Positions 1 to 12,609 of a DNA stretch of 64,000 nt are shown here, in pieces. This stretch comes from Octopus sinensis (lineage: Eukaryota). The DNA lies in the NCBI RefSeq assembly GCF_006345805.1, contig NC_043015.1, positions 19,778,001 through 19,842,000 of the forward strand. Reading direction: 5' to 3'. How positions within the stretch are numbered: the stretch's first letter is position 1; each line of letters opens with the position of its first letter. The notes under the pieces are model-generated. The model worked only from the letters and a program-made list of their open reading frames with translations. It made no database searches and was not told the DNA's origin. The translations under genes and the position numbers were made by a program.

Positions 1-690
1 TAGACCCAGGAAGACCTGGGATGCAGTGGTGAAGTACGACCTTCTAACATTGGGTCTTACTGAGGCAATGACTAGTGACCGAGAACTTTGGAGATATGCT
101 GTGCTTGAGAAGACCTGACAAACCAAGCGAGACCATAAGCCAAGACCTATACCAGTGGGTGTAACCAGCTCACTTATGAGCACCCCTCATTCACTGGACA
201 ATAAACTTTTGAGGCAAATAAAATCAAAATCACTGATGTGGCCAATGTCAGAACATTGCTAGTGGAATGTTGAAAGCACCATCCGAGCGTTATTGTTGCC
301 AGAACCACTGATTGGCTCCCGTGCCAGTGGCACATAAAAAGCATCATTCGAGCATCATCAGTGCCAGCGTTGCCTTACCGGCATGAAAAACAGCATTCGA
401 GCGTGGTCATTGCGAGTGCAGTCAGACTGGCTCCCATGCAGGTAGCAATTAAAAAACACCTTTTGAGTGTGGTCGTTGCCAGAACCGCCTAACTGGCCCT
501 TGTGCCAGTGGCATGTAAAAGCACCCACCAGAGTCTTAGAGTGGTTGGTGTTAGGAAGGGCACCAACTGTAGAAACTTTGCCAGAACTGATTGGAGCCTG
601 GTGCAGCCTTCTGGCTTGCCAGTCCTCAATCAAACTGTCCCACCCATGCCTGCATGGAAAGTGGATGTTAAACAACAATGATGATAATGA
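1..690 (+). mobile_element. 3' end of an RTE-type LINE or its derived non-autonomous repeat, with a (GAT)n tail; truncated by the window edge
   Basis: Bases 1-230 resemble the reverse complement of the 3' end of the RT-bearing element at 40845-42612. They are followed by ~50-nt subrepeats (gtgccagtggcacataaaaagca) and the common tail ggaagggcaccaactgtagaaac...catggaaagtggatgttaaacaacaatgatgat. Confidence 0.7.
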
Positions 691-1172
691 TACACATATA
701 TAACTTTGAGCAACTAAAACTTGTCAAAAAAACAATGAGCTAAGTGTTCTACATAGTCGCTCAATCCACTAGAGATAGCAGCTAAATTCCCCTTGAAAAA
801 AGGAAGCACATAGAATGATCATATCTAGAAGTCTTTGATCATAAGATCTGAATGGCCACTAGCTTCTCTGCTACTAAACTACAATAGCATCTTCAACAAC
901 ATTTAATACTTGAGCAGTTTTTTTTCTCTGGATGTGGTTTAAGTAGTCTGTGTGTGCAACTTCAGGACCACCACTCCAGACAAGGAAGCAATACCCCACT
1001 GGGTCAGTGGTGTCAGTCACCTCATTTGACCAAATTGTGAGATTGATGGTCTATATCTGTCACTAGCCCTGCTTTTTTTCTACTGTCAAGGCACTCAACT
1101 AGCCACGTGCAAATCTACTCAGGTAACTTAGCAGGTACTTAGTCTAACGTACGATATTTATATAATTTTAGA

Positions 1173-1278
<106 letters not shown>

Positions 1279-1819
1279 ATGTATATATAACACACACACA
1301 CATCTACAGGTGTTAAACTTTAGTTAATATTTGTTGAAGGCTGAACATGCATGACACGGATTAAACTTAATTATTTCTTCAGCCTGCAACACTTGCTTTA
1401 AACACTACCAGCCTCCTTGGTACACCACCATGATGACCCACATACACTACCTCCCAAAGTGTCACTGCTAACACTTACTAATCCTAAAATTGTGTCTTGA
1501 TTTCACAATCAGGTAAGCAGCTTAGGAACAAGCTGGGAGAGGCTTTCACTTGAAAGAAGATGATTCTTACAGAATAAGAAATGAGAAACTTTAGTTTTCA
1601 TTAAAAAAAATACTCATTCATCACTCCAGTGCCCAATTCAATTTTTAATTAATTAAAATTTGGTTTGTTATTTTTTTTAAATCTTAAAAATTCCAGAAAA
1701 TACATTTGGTTTTTAATTAAAATTTCAGGGTTGTCTCCCATGCCCTTCTTTTTTTTTTACCAATCTTTTTTTATCAAGCCTTTTGTTATATTTCTATTGA
1801 AATATGCTGCATTTTGTTT

Positions 1820-3250
1820 TGATTCCCTATTCCCAATTCCTCCGTCTGCACAGGGTCTGCAGTGACAACCATGACTTTGAGACTCAGTCTCAACTCATGG
1901 TTCGCCATTTCCTCCTGCTATCCATGCTGCCCTTGCCAGAGCATGTTCCAGGGACGGTGCATCTGCTCTCTCCCCTGCACTTACCCTGCCATCACTTGTC
2001 TCCCATTTCCCCTCACCTACCACCCCTCCACCCTACCTCTCCAATGCCCCATTCTCCAAGCCTTCAAGTGACTCCACTCCAACCCCCTCCACTTCATACA
2101 TCTTTCCTAACCGACCGCTCCCCTCCTTCAAATGAGCCCACAGCCTATGTGACCACCTGGTCCACAGTTTCTTCCCTAACCCAACCTCCCAATCTGGCTC
2201 ATTCCCTTGCTCCTGCCCATGCTTCCACACTTGCCCTTATCTCTCCAACACCACCATCCTTACAGGCACCCTCCATAGACCCTATCGTATTGCTGACTCC
2301 TTCACCTGCACTTCTAGCAACATCATCAACTGCATCTTCTGCTCTTTCTGTCCTTCTTTGTACATCAGTCAAACAGGACACCACTTGACTGACTGGTTTG
2401 TGGAACACCTCCAAGACATTAGACTTGGCAACGACACCCCAGTCTCATGCCATTTCCACTCTACTGGTCATTCTTTACAACACCTATCTGTGTTCAGATT
2501 GTCCTCACATAGAGGCCATTCGGACTCCCATCTTCGCCATGAACAAGAACTAATCTTCTCTCTTTGCTCCTTTGCACCACATGGGCTCAACTCTCTTCCC
2601 CTCTTCATCTAAACCCCCTCCTCGCTCCTCTCTTCCTCTCACCTACTTCCTCCCTTCTCTCATACCTACCTCTTCTCTCTTGCTTTGACACCTACTTCCT
2701 CTCTTCACTCCAACCCACCTCCCTTGTCACCCCTACATCATTACCCCACCCCTACACATTCCATACCCACTATCCCTATGCTCCCATCTCACACCCTAAC
2801 ACCATCACCACACACCACCATACCACACCACATCACGCCATCCTGCACACACTAGCACTGACCACTTCCCAGCACCCACACTATCATCCAAACACCTACA
2901 CATGCACATGTCAAGGTCACCAGCCCCCATCCACATGCACATACATGCTCTCACACATGCACGTGCATCTTCATTTTGGGATCATCACTACTTTATTATC
3001 TCCCCTTCTTCCTAGCTCTCTTGTCTGACCATCTCTGTCCAGCATTCACCATGATTGATTGCTAGCCACTAAACCTTTTTTTATTTTCTCTCTCTGTTTA
3101 TTTCTGTGTTCCTTTCTGTTGAAGAGCCTAGGCTCGAAATGTAAAAGACTTTCTCACTTCCCGCGCATTAAACTAATACATCTGTTTGTTGTTTACACAC
3201 CCATCTTTGTCTTTTGTTTTGTTTGCTTTTTTTTTTTGTAAATTCCAACT
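1820..3250 (+). mobile_element. Degenerate Penelope-like element (RT C-terminal region, Cys-rich linker, GIY-YIG endonuclease, 3' tail)
   Basis: Reads IPYSQFLRLHRVCSDNHDF (typical PLE thumb motif). After a frameshift it reads ..FPCSCPCFHTCP..DSFTCTSSNIINCIFCSFCPSLYISQTG..FVEHLQDI..PVSCHFHSTGHS..EQELIFSLCSFAPHGLN, the GIY-YIG pattern of PLEs. A hammerhead-like motif lies in the tail at 3112-3147. Confidence 0.85.
3112..3147 (+). ncRNA. Degenerate minimal type-I hammerhead ribozyme motif in the PLE 3' tail
   Basis: CTTT-CTGTTGA-A-GAGC(CTAG)GCTC-GAAA-TG-TA-AAAG. Stem I is CTTT/AAAG and stem II is GAGC/GCTC. There is one core substitution (CTGATGA>CTGTTGA) and CG>TG in stem III. Confidence 0.65.
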
Positions 3251-3840
3251 ATATATGTATATATGTATGCATATATGAATACATATATGTATATATGTAT
3301 GTATATATGAATACATATATGTATATATGTATGAATATATATATCTGTATATATGTATGTGTATATGAATATATATATGTATATATGTATGTGTATATGA
3401 ATATATATATATGTATATATGTATATGAATATATATATATGTATATATGTATATGAATATATATATGTATATATGTATATGAATATATATAATGTATATA
3501 TGTATATGAATATATATATGTATATATGTATATGAATATATATATGTATATATATATGTATATATATATATGTGTATGTATGCATATATATATGTGTATG
3601 TATGCATATATATATGTGTATGTATGCATATATATATGTGTATGCATGCATATATATATGTATTTGCATGTATATATATGTGTATGTATGCATATATATA
3701 TGTATTTGCATGTATATATGTGTGTATGTATGTATGCATATATATATATATGTACATCCGCATATATATCTCACGACAGTTCTCATCTACCAAAATTTCA
3801 CACAACCTGTTCATATAAACACACACACACACACACACAT
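3250..3840. repeat. Compound TA-rich microsatellite (TATATG/TATGCA/TATGAA variants, then (CA)n)
   Basis: Directly visible; it accounts for the Y/I/H/M/C-rich spurious ORFs here. Confidence 0.95.
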
Positions 3841-4581
3841 GAAGTAGCCATTATGTTGCCAAATTAATAAAAGCCTCCAACAATACTAACAATAGTCTTA
3901 CAATAGCCAACAGTTAAAGTTTAATATTTCACTTGTGTATTTGTAAAACAGTTTTAGTCTTACATTCAGACTGATTCCTGTTTTCCTGGGAACCAAATAC
4001 TTCATAATGCACAAACGTCTCGATGGGTTTCCTTAAACTGACTGCACTTTATTGGAGGAATGTCTAAGAATATTCCCATCGGATGTTATTTTTGGTTATA
4101 GCCGTGAGATCTTTTATTCAATTGTTTCATGTTTTTACTTCATTTTATTTTTGCTTTGAGCATAAATTTGTTTTTATATATTTAAATTATATATATATAT
4201 ACACACACACACACACTCATATATACATATATATATATATGTACTGCTATATACTCAATTATGCTTGTAGGCCCTGTTCCCCTCCTCTCCTCCCTCTCCT
4301 GGACATGTTGTGCATTCTTCCCCATCATTTGCATCCCTCCCTCACCTCTGGTACTGCATAGCTGCTGTAGTCACCTGAGATTCCATGTGTTAACTTATTG
4401 AGGATATATATATCATCATCATCATCATTTAACAACCACCTTCCATGCTGACATGGGTGGGGCGGTTTGATATGAGCAGGCCAGGTAGAAGGCTGCACCA
4501 GACTTCTGTGACTATTTTGGCAGGATTTTTACAGCTGGATGCCCTTCCTAACATCAACCACTCAGCTGAGTAAACTAATAT

Positions 4582-4640
<59 letters not shown>

Positions 4641-5458
4641 CAAGTTTCTTTCATTTTCTATCTACCAAATCCACTCACAAGGCATTGGTCGGTGCTAGGT
4701 CTAGAAGACACTTGCCCAAGATGCCATGCAGTGGAATTGAACCCAGAGTTATATGGTTGAGGTGCAAACTTTTTACCACACAACCATGTTGATTTATTAA
4801 AATTTATTAAAATTATCTTCATCTCAAGAAATTTTGTCTTAAATCATCAAATGGCAATTAAGACCAGTTCCATATGAGAAGGCACAATAATCTCCAGAAT
4901 CAAGACTTCAAAGTTGACATTCCATTAAAGAGGAGGGCAGGTTTTTTTTGTCTGGGGATAAGAGGAGAGTCATGGACACATGTTTCTGCCACTTGGGAAT
5001 TATGACACTCCTTCTAGAGAGGGAGATAATTTTAATAAATCAAGAATTTATATTGTATGGTATTTATTATACCTGGATTTGTCTATGTTGTTCAAACACA
5101 TACCACTGGTCAGTTACTCTGAGTTATTTCTCTTAGCTCATTTTTGCACACACACACAAACAACATGCACACATACATACACACACACACACACATGCAG
5201 GAAAATGGATAAAACTGAAAGGATCTTAATCAGCTTCCATAGGGGATACTTCCATTATTCCTTCCACTAAATTCCCTTTTTAGCTGTGACTGAGCAAACC
5301 TATAATCAAAGACATTCCTACCATGATCATCCAGTCCGTTTTCCAAGCTTTGCATATTTAAGACTAAACTAACCAAAATCCCTCTTTCTTCCCAAGCCAG
5401 TATTATGTGATTCAAGGGAGTTTTAGACATTATTTTGATCAGCTCAAAATACTACCCA

Positions 5459-6215
5459 GATGAACATCAATGGAATTTGTATCTTTGTGGCACACAAGAA
5501 AACCATCCAAATGTGGCCGTAGCCAGTACCGCATCGACTGGCCTCCGTGCTGTGGGCACGTAACAAACACCATCCGATCGTGGCCGTTCGCCAGCCTCAT
5601 CTGGCACCTGTGTCGGTGGCACATAAAAACACCATCCGAAGACCCGGCAAGAATAGTCAGGCCATAACCCGTGACCCCTACCTGGGACATAGTCAGTCCA
5701 CCTGTGCATACCTTCCTTCTTGTGACACTTGTGAAGACCTGTTGAGGCAAGTGAAAATCAAAATCAAATCAAATCAAATCAAATCAAAACAAATCAAAAT
5801 AGATGAACATCAATGGAATTTGTATCTTTGTGGTACCAGTGCCGGTGGCATACAAGAAAACCATCCGAACGTGGCCGTAGCCAGTACCGCATCGACTGGC
5901 CTCCGTGCTGTGGGCACATAACAAAAAACCATCCGATCGTGGCCGTTCGCCAGCCTCATCTGGCACCTGTGTCAGTGGCACATAAAAACACCATCCGAGC
6001 GTGGCCATCTGCCAGCCTCGTCTGACACTGTGTCGGTGGCACATAAAATCACCCACTACACTCTCGGAGTGGTTGGCATTAGGAAGGGCATCCAGCTGTA
6101 GAAACACTGCCAGATCTGACTGGCCTGGTGCAGCCTTCGGGCTCCTCAGACCCCAGTTGAACCGTCCAACCCATGCTAGCATGGAAAGCGGACGTTAAAT
6201 GATGATGATGATGAT
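5459..6215 (+). mobile_element. RTE-LINE 3'-derived repeat with an internal tandem duplication and a (GAT)n tail
   Basis: gatgaacatcaatggaatttgtatctttgtgg starts near 5459 and again near 5802, each time followed by ~190 nt of near-identical sequence. It ends ggaaagcggacgttaaatgatgatgatgatg. Confidence 0.75.
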
Positions 6216-6716
6216 AAAGAGCTCTTATTAGCACCCTCCACACTTATTTTACAAAGTTGTATTTATATCCATTTTTATACCTTTCACATACGATTAAATT
6301 CCTGCTGCTTTGTCTATTTATATCAATGTGAATCTTTATTTTTTTTCTTATACATTTTCACATTACACAGCACCAAGTAGAATGTCTAGTTTTCTTTCTT
6401 TTTTCTTTTTTTTTTTGAAGTGGGGAGCAGGTTTTTTCTTTTCTTTTTCCTTTTGGTTTATCTTCATATTGTTTTCATTTGGCATTTTTATTAGTGGTTT
6501 TGTTTTTTTTGGAGTTTTTATTTATTATTTCTTTTTAATCTGGCATTTAAGTTTGTCTTTTATTTGTGTCTTTTCTACGATTGGAGCCAATTGTTTTATT
6601 GATTTATTTATTTGATGTTTCCTACCCAATTACCTCTTTCTTATCTGGCAAATTTTAGATGCTAATTCTCTTTTGTTTTTTTGTTCTTTGTGTTATATGC
6701 GGGGGTGGGGGTGCTG

Positions 6717-6818
<102 letters not shown>

Positions 6819-6896
6819 TGATAATAATAAAGGGTAAAATCATTAATGACTTTTACCATGTGGTCAGCGTGGAAATAAAACCTCATAGGTAAATTA

Positions 6897-7430
6897 TCAT
6901 CATCATTGTTTAACGTCCGCTTTCCATGCTAGCATGGGTTGGACGATTTGACTGAGGTTTGGCGGACCAGATGGCTGCACCAGAATCCAATCTTGATCTG
7001 GCAGAGTTTCTACAGCTGGATGCCCTTCCTAACGCCAACCACTCTGAGAGTATAGTGGGTGCTTTTATGTGCCACTGGCACGAGGGCCAGTCAGGCAGTA
7101 CTGGCAACAGCCAAGCTCAAATGGTGCGTTTTATGTGCCATATGCACAGGAGCCAGTCTTCACTCGAATGTTTCTTAACGTGTCACCAGCACAAGTGCTA
7201 GTAAGACAACGCAGGTAACGATCACGCTCAAATGGTGTTTTTCATGTCCACCGGCATGGAGGCCAGCTTCTTGCTCTGGCAACGATCTCACACGTATGGT
7301 ACTCTTAGCGCTCCACTAGCAACGGATGCCAGTCATCGAATTTGATTTCGATTTCACTTGCCTCAACAGGTCTTCGCAAGCAGAGTTTAGTATCCAATGA
7401 AGGAAAGGCACGCATAAGTGAACTGGTTAT
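6897..7430 (-). mobile_element. RTE-LINE 3'-derived repeat, (CAT)n on the + strand
   Basis: catcattgtttaacgtccgctttccatgctagcatgggttggacg.. is the reverse complement of the shared tail. Further copies lie near 4410, 8075, 8968, 22300, 31240, 34430, 34960, 39735, 43570, 44522, 46040, 55410, 58880, 59805, 62175 and 63338. Confidence 0.75.
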
Positions 7431-7569
7431 AGATATTTTATAATTATATACATAATTATAAAATATTTATATAGATAGATATACACATACAATATACACA
7501 CACGCACTCATAACACACACACACACACACATGATGAATGTCCATTTGTAAGCAAGGAAAACTATGTCC

Positions 7570-8010
7570 ATGTAAAATGCCAGCAGTGCCTGTGCAAGAT
7601 TTTAGATCCGATAAAGCTTTCACAACACATCCTTGATCTTCTCCACCCTATTGACATGATCCAGAGACAAGCTGGGGCAAGATATCTAACACCAATATGG
7701 GTCGCAAGCTCAAGAATGTTATAGTACCAAGATCTCAAGAGCAAGCAAAAGATCCCCATAATATCCCATGCCATTCCCTGTATATCTGGTTTAATATCAG
7801 AATGACCTTCTCCAAGAGAAGCTGAGGGGTGCCTTATGCTCGGTGGTCTTCCAGAATGCCACATACCAACCCACAAAGATTCAGAAGATAGTCTTTGTAT
7901 AACAGTTAATGTTCAAAGTGTGGATGTGTTTATGTGAGAGACACACAGACAGACATACACGCAGGAATGAAATCAAGAGACAGTTGCAGAGACTCGAAAT
8001 AAGAACTGAT
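7570..8010 (+). mobile_element. Highly decayed Penelope-like remnant (GIY-YIG fragment)
   Basis: Around 7892-7980 one frame reads SLYNS*CSKCGCVYVRDTQTDIHAGMK, resembling the PLE VVY..C..C...YVGET motif. It contains stops. Confidence 0.4.
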
Positions 8011-9487
8011 GCAAAGAAGAAGCGGTAGAGAATTCTTTAGTTCCTCTCGACAGATAACAATATCCATGATGCTAGTCATCATCATCTGGCATGGGTTGGA
8101 CAATTTGACCGGGATGGCACACTGGAAGGCTGCACCAGACTCCAGTCTGATTTGGCATGATTTTTTCTATGGCTGGATGCTCTTTCTAACTCCAACCACT
8201 CCATGAGTGTAATGGTTGCTTTTATGTTCCACTGGCATGGGTGCCATTTGCATGATACCTGGGTGCTTTTACATGCCTCTGGCGTGGGTGCCATTTGCGT
8301 TACACCATTTTACATGCCACTGGCATGGGTATCATTTGTGTGACACCTGGGTGCTTTTATATGCCACTGGCATGGGTGCCATTTGCCTGACACCAGGGTG
8401 CTTTCACGTGTCACTGGCATGGGTGCCAATTTACATGACATTGGTATCTGCCACAATTCCGATTTTGCTCAGCTTGATGGCTCTTTTCCTCAAGCACAAC
8501 ATAATGCCAAAGGTCTCAGCCATTGCCTCCATGGGGCCCAACATTGTGCAACAATAAAATGCAGTTACTGCACTCTGCAAAATGATCATTGATAGGAAAT
8601 GCATTTAACCATAGGAGACATGCCAAAGAATGAATTGCATAAATGAGAGGTGAATTCCGCAAGCCACATCCATAGACCAGCTGTCTTGAAGGGCAGCAAC
8701 CTCAAATAGGATGATGGGTAGAGAGAAATTCATTAGTTCCAGTGTTGCAATAATGTGTAACACTGTCTAGATTGTAAGTCTAGATTGTAAGACAGGCATA
8801 ATACCAATGTTGGACGGTTTTCTCTGTTGTTCTGAGTAAAGCATGATAAAGTGAGCAGTTAAATATTTTCGCACTTAAATTACAGGGATGTAAGCAAACC
8901 ATCACTGGATGTCAAGCAGTTTGGTGGGAACTAACACACAAGCACACCATCACTTACACACCTGTAATCATCATCATCATCTTTTAATATCCATCTTCCA
9001 TGCTGACACAGGTTGCACAATTTGACAAGATCCAGACAGGTTCAAAGACTACATCATACTCCAATATCTGCTTGGGCATGGTTTCTATGGCTGGATGCCT
9101 TTCCTAATGCCAACCAATCTACAGAATGTACTGTGTGCTCCTTTTGTAGCACCTGCAAAATATGTATGTATGTACATATGTATGTATGTGTTGTGTTATG
9201 TTCAATAGGCTTCTTTAGAGTTTCCATTCACCAAATTCATTCACAATACATATAGGTCAACCCTGGTGCTGTAGTGGAAGACACTTGCCCTTGGTACCAC
9301 ACAGTGAGATGAAGTTAAAATAATAGAGAACACCACTGGAAAATGCGAAAAGTAAAAGAAGCAGCAGATATGCTAGGACACAACCTCCTAAGCAGACCTA
9401 GTGCAGATATGGATAGCATATGGGAACTGGTATTAAGGCAGGATAGGAGAATATTAGATTTATAAGCCCTAAAATTCACTCCATAAT

Positions 9488-9733
9488 TGCCCATGGGTAT
9501 ATGACGTGGTGGTTAAGAGTGTGGGCTACTAACCCCAAGATTCTGAGTTTGATTCCAGGCAGTAACCTGAATAATAATAATAATAATAATAATATCGAAA
9601 AAATACCTTAGGAATGAGAACCCAGGCTCGAAATTTCCCCAAGACACCTGACAAAGGCTGGAGGGTATATCAGCCGAAATGTTGTGTTAACAACAAACAA
9701 GATGAGGTCAGATATCTGTCAAATGTAAATAAT
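9488..9733 (+). mobile_element. tRNA-headed SINE-like element with a hammerhead-containing tail (copy 1)
   Basis: A-box-like tgacgtggtgg, B-box-like gagtttgattcc and a (TAA)n spacer. The tail contains GACAC-CTGACAA-A-GGCTG(10)CAGCC-GAAA-TG-TT-GTGTT at 9643-9688. Near-identical to 12751-12980. Confidence 0.75.
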
Positions 9734-10174
9734 GTTCAAAAACATGTTTACGAAATGAATTTCTTAATGACACAGCCAAGTTTGTGCCTATGTTATGCAA
9801 CATTTATTTTAATTTTGTGCTTTTTTCCCCCCAATTAAATAGCTAATGATGAACTGATTTAAATAATTGGGAGCCCACCCTTTTCCCAGTCAAACTCTTG
9901 GCTACACCCATAATTTATGCATAAGAGAGTATGTGTTTGTCTGCTTTGATAGATTCATGTATTTTCAAAGGTACCGTTAATACTATTCAATAAGTTTTAG
10001 TAGTATTTAAACACCTGGATACAATTAATTGTAAGGTGTTTCATTAATAATAAATACATACACTCTCTACTTAATATTGTACCGAGAGCTTTTTGTTGGT
10101 TAATAGTCTCCCTGACTTTCTTTTGAGATACACTCATACACAAACACACACACACACACACAGACATATATATA

Positions 10175-10214
<40 letters not shown>

Positions 10215-10216
<2 letters not shown>

Positions 10217-10474
10217 CATTATTGGTGAATTGAAGAAATGGAGCTGAACGCAGATTGAACAGAAATCGTTTTATTTCATTCTACACGTGCCTCGAAAGGC
10301 ACAAATTACCAAAATCCGACCGAACAACGGGACCACACTGTGTCTCTCTCCTCAGGAAGAAAAAAGGAAATCCGTTGGAAAAACAAAATCACTGCTGTGA
10401 TTTTTGCTACTAAGGTATCGGTTAAACTTTTGATTAATCCACTACAAGATTATTCATCTTTCTATTTCACATAA

Positions 10475-10478
<4 letters not shown>
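10215..10478 (-). mobile_element. Short non-autonomous element inside a (TA)n tract, carrying a degenerate hammerhead motif (10279-10358)
   Basis: The minus strand reads TTC-CTGAGGA-GAGAGACACA..TGTGCCTTTC-GAGG-CACGTG-TA-GAA, with GAAA changed to GAGG. (TA)n flanks both sides. Confidence 0.55.
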
Positions 10479-10510
<32 letters not shown>

Positions 10511-11337
10511 AACACACACTCTCATATATTGTTATTTGCAAGTAACAAAAAATAAGTATGAATCAATGGATTTAGTATTATTAATGTGTGTGTGTGTGTT
10601 GTGGAAATAAATAGGTAAACAATTCTTTCTCACAGCAAAAAATATGGGAGTAGCCATGCAGAAATAAATTAGAGCTAAACATCAAACCAAGCAACAACAA
10701 CAACAACAACACACACACACACACTCTCTCTCTCTCTCTCTCACACACACACTCTCTCTCTCTCACACACACGCACTCTCTCACACATGCACTGTCTCAC
10801 ACACGCACTCTCATACACACTCCCTCACTCACTTTCTCACTCTCTCTCTCTCACTCTCTCTATCTCTACCTCCCTCCCTCCCCCCTCTCTCTCAAGTCAC
10901 CGACACACCTCAAGCCCAACACTAGAATCCAGGTGATTAAACCTTCACCATTGTCACCAATCTTATAACTTTGTCATTGTCTTCAGAGATCCAACAATAA
11001 ATTTTCATAAAAAAAAAAACATCAAAGGAATTTCTTGACCGAATATCAGAAAAATTCAAATTACCATTAATTACTCAATTTGTGAACCAAAAATTTAAAT
11101 TCTTTTTTTATTGTTCTTTCTTTCTCCCACACCCCTCCCTTCCTCCTTCTCTTCATATTTCTTTTCTCCTTTCTTTTCTTTCTATTCTTTTCACTTTGTC
11201 TTCGTCTTACACCCCACCCAAGACAACTTTATTTTATCGACCCCAAAAGGATGAAACCAAAGTCCCAGTCAAGTACTGGATTCAATGATATCAATTAAAC
11301 CCCATTCCCTAAAAATCGCTGCCCTTGTGCCTTAACC

Positions 11338-11645
11338 TAGTGCTACTCAAAGTAGTGGTCTGTGGACCGGTGCCACACCTGCCAGGACCGGTGCCACACC
11401 TGCCAGGACGCAGCGAGTTTCCAGAAAAGAAAGAAACATAGAATGCTTATAAAATGCTTATGTAATATTGTATTATTTGTTTACAAAAGAAATATAAGAT
11501 AAAAAAAAACTTGTCAACTTTTAGTATATTCATTATATATATTGTTTCTGGTATAAATTAATATTACTAAGAAATATTACCGGTCCCTGGCACATTGGTA
11601 AAAAAAACTGCTAGTATGCCACATCAGATAGTTTGAGAAGCACTG
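11338..11645. mobile_element. hAT-type MITE
   Basis: TIRs tagtgctactcaaa / tttgagaagcactg. The 8-bp TSD is ccttaacc (11330-11337) / tcttaacc (11646-11653). There is an internal ~21-bp tandem duplication of ggaccggtgccacacctgcca. Confidence 0.75.
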
Positions 11646-11651
11646 TCTTAA

Positions 11652-12116
11652 CCCATTAACTGCCAAATTTTTTATTTATATTTTTTGGCTTTGCCATGTG
11701 TATTAGGAGTTAAAATAATATATAGTATTTAAATTTTCTTCACATGTGAATTATTTTGAAAATCATGATAAATTTTTCGAAAAGTCCCAAATGGAGATCG
11801 CTGAAAAAGTATATTTATCTTTTTTATTCAATTTCAATGATAAACATTTTAGTTTTTTTGGAAACTATAATATCAAATGTGAATGTGTAAGTTTTCAAAA
11901 CGATCGATATTTTTGTAGTTCAAAAATTGTGATTTATGACATAAAATGTCCTGTAGAATTAGCCAAAGCTAATAATGATAAACTTTAACTCCTAAATATT
12001 GTTAAACACACCTCTGCAAATGCAATGCGCATAAGCAATTCACTTTAAATACAACAAACAGCCAGCAGTGAGACTTTTTAGCAGATATCCAAATTGGGTT
12101 CATGGCAGGCAATGGG
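11652..12116. mobile_element. piggyBac-type MITE
   Basis: TTAA flanks both ends (11648-11651, 12117-12120). TIRs are cccattaactgcca / tggcaggcaatggg (2 mismatches), starting with CCC as in piggyBac. Confidence 0.75.
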
Positions 12117-12609
12117 TTAATAAGAAATCATGACTATTTTTAAGGCAATGTTAACATATTGAACAAAATACTTAGCAGTGTTTCTTCCAGCTCTTTATGT
12201 GCTGAGTTCAAATCCCATTGAGGTCAACTTTTCCTTGGATTTTTTCTGGGTCAATAAGATAAAGTACCATTGAAGTACTGGGGTCAATATAATCAACACA
12301 CCCCTTTCCACCCAAAACTCTGGCCTCATGCTTAATTTAGGAACAATTATTATTGAGACAAGTAAATTGTTCCTTTCTTTGGAAATTCTTACATCTAAAA
12401 GAATCAATGATTCTTAAAGTTCACAAATTTGAATAAATCAGAAATCTTTTTTTTTTAGAGTTCCACCTTCAAGGAATGCTCAAAATATCAGGATTTTTTC
12501 TTCAAGCTTACAAACTTATCCATATCTGCAGACATTACTCAAATATTACACAATGCTTCATACATATAACTCAAATATGCAAATCTACAAACTTATCCTC
12601 ATTTAGAAA

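Noticed and set aside
1383-1512. Exon-like segment with a good acceptor (ttcttcag) and donor (cag|gtaagc)
   Set aside because: Stops occur in all three frames and there is no filamin similarity; at most a non-coding exon, which cannot be supported without RNA data.
1804-2388. 194-aa Pro/Ser/Leu-rich ORF as a host gene
   Set aside because: Only its start is in the PLE frame; the rest is the off-frame reading of a frameshifted Penelope-like element.
3173-3867. Long overlapping Y/I/H/M/C-rich ORFs (up to 221 aa), and similar ones near 14400-15000, 27400-28000, 29500-30100 and 31550-31830
   Set aside because: They are translations of TA/TG/GA/GATA microsatellites that lack stop codons and show no protein signal.
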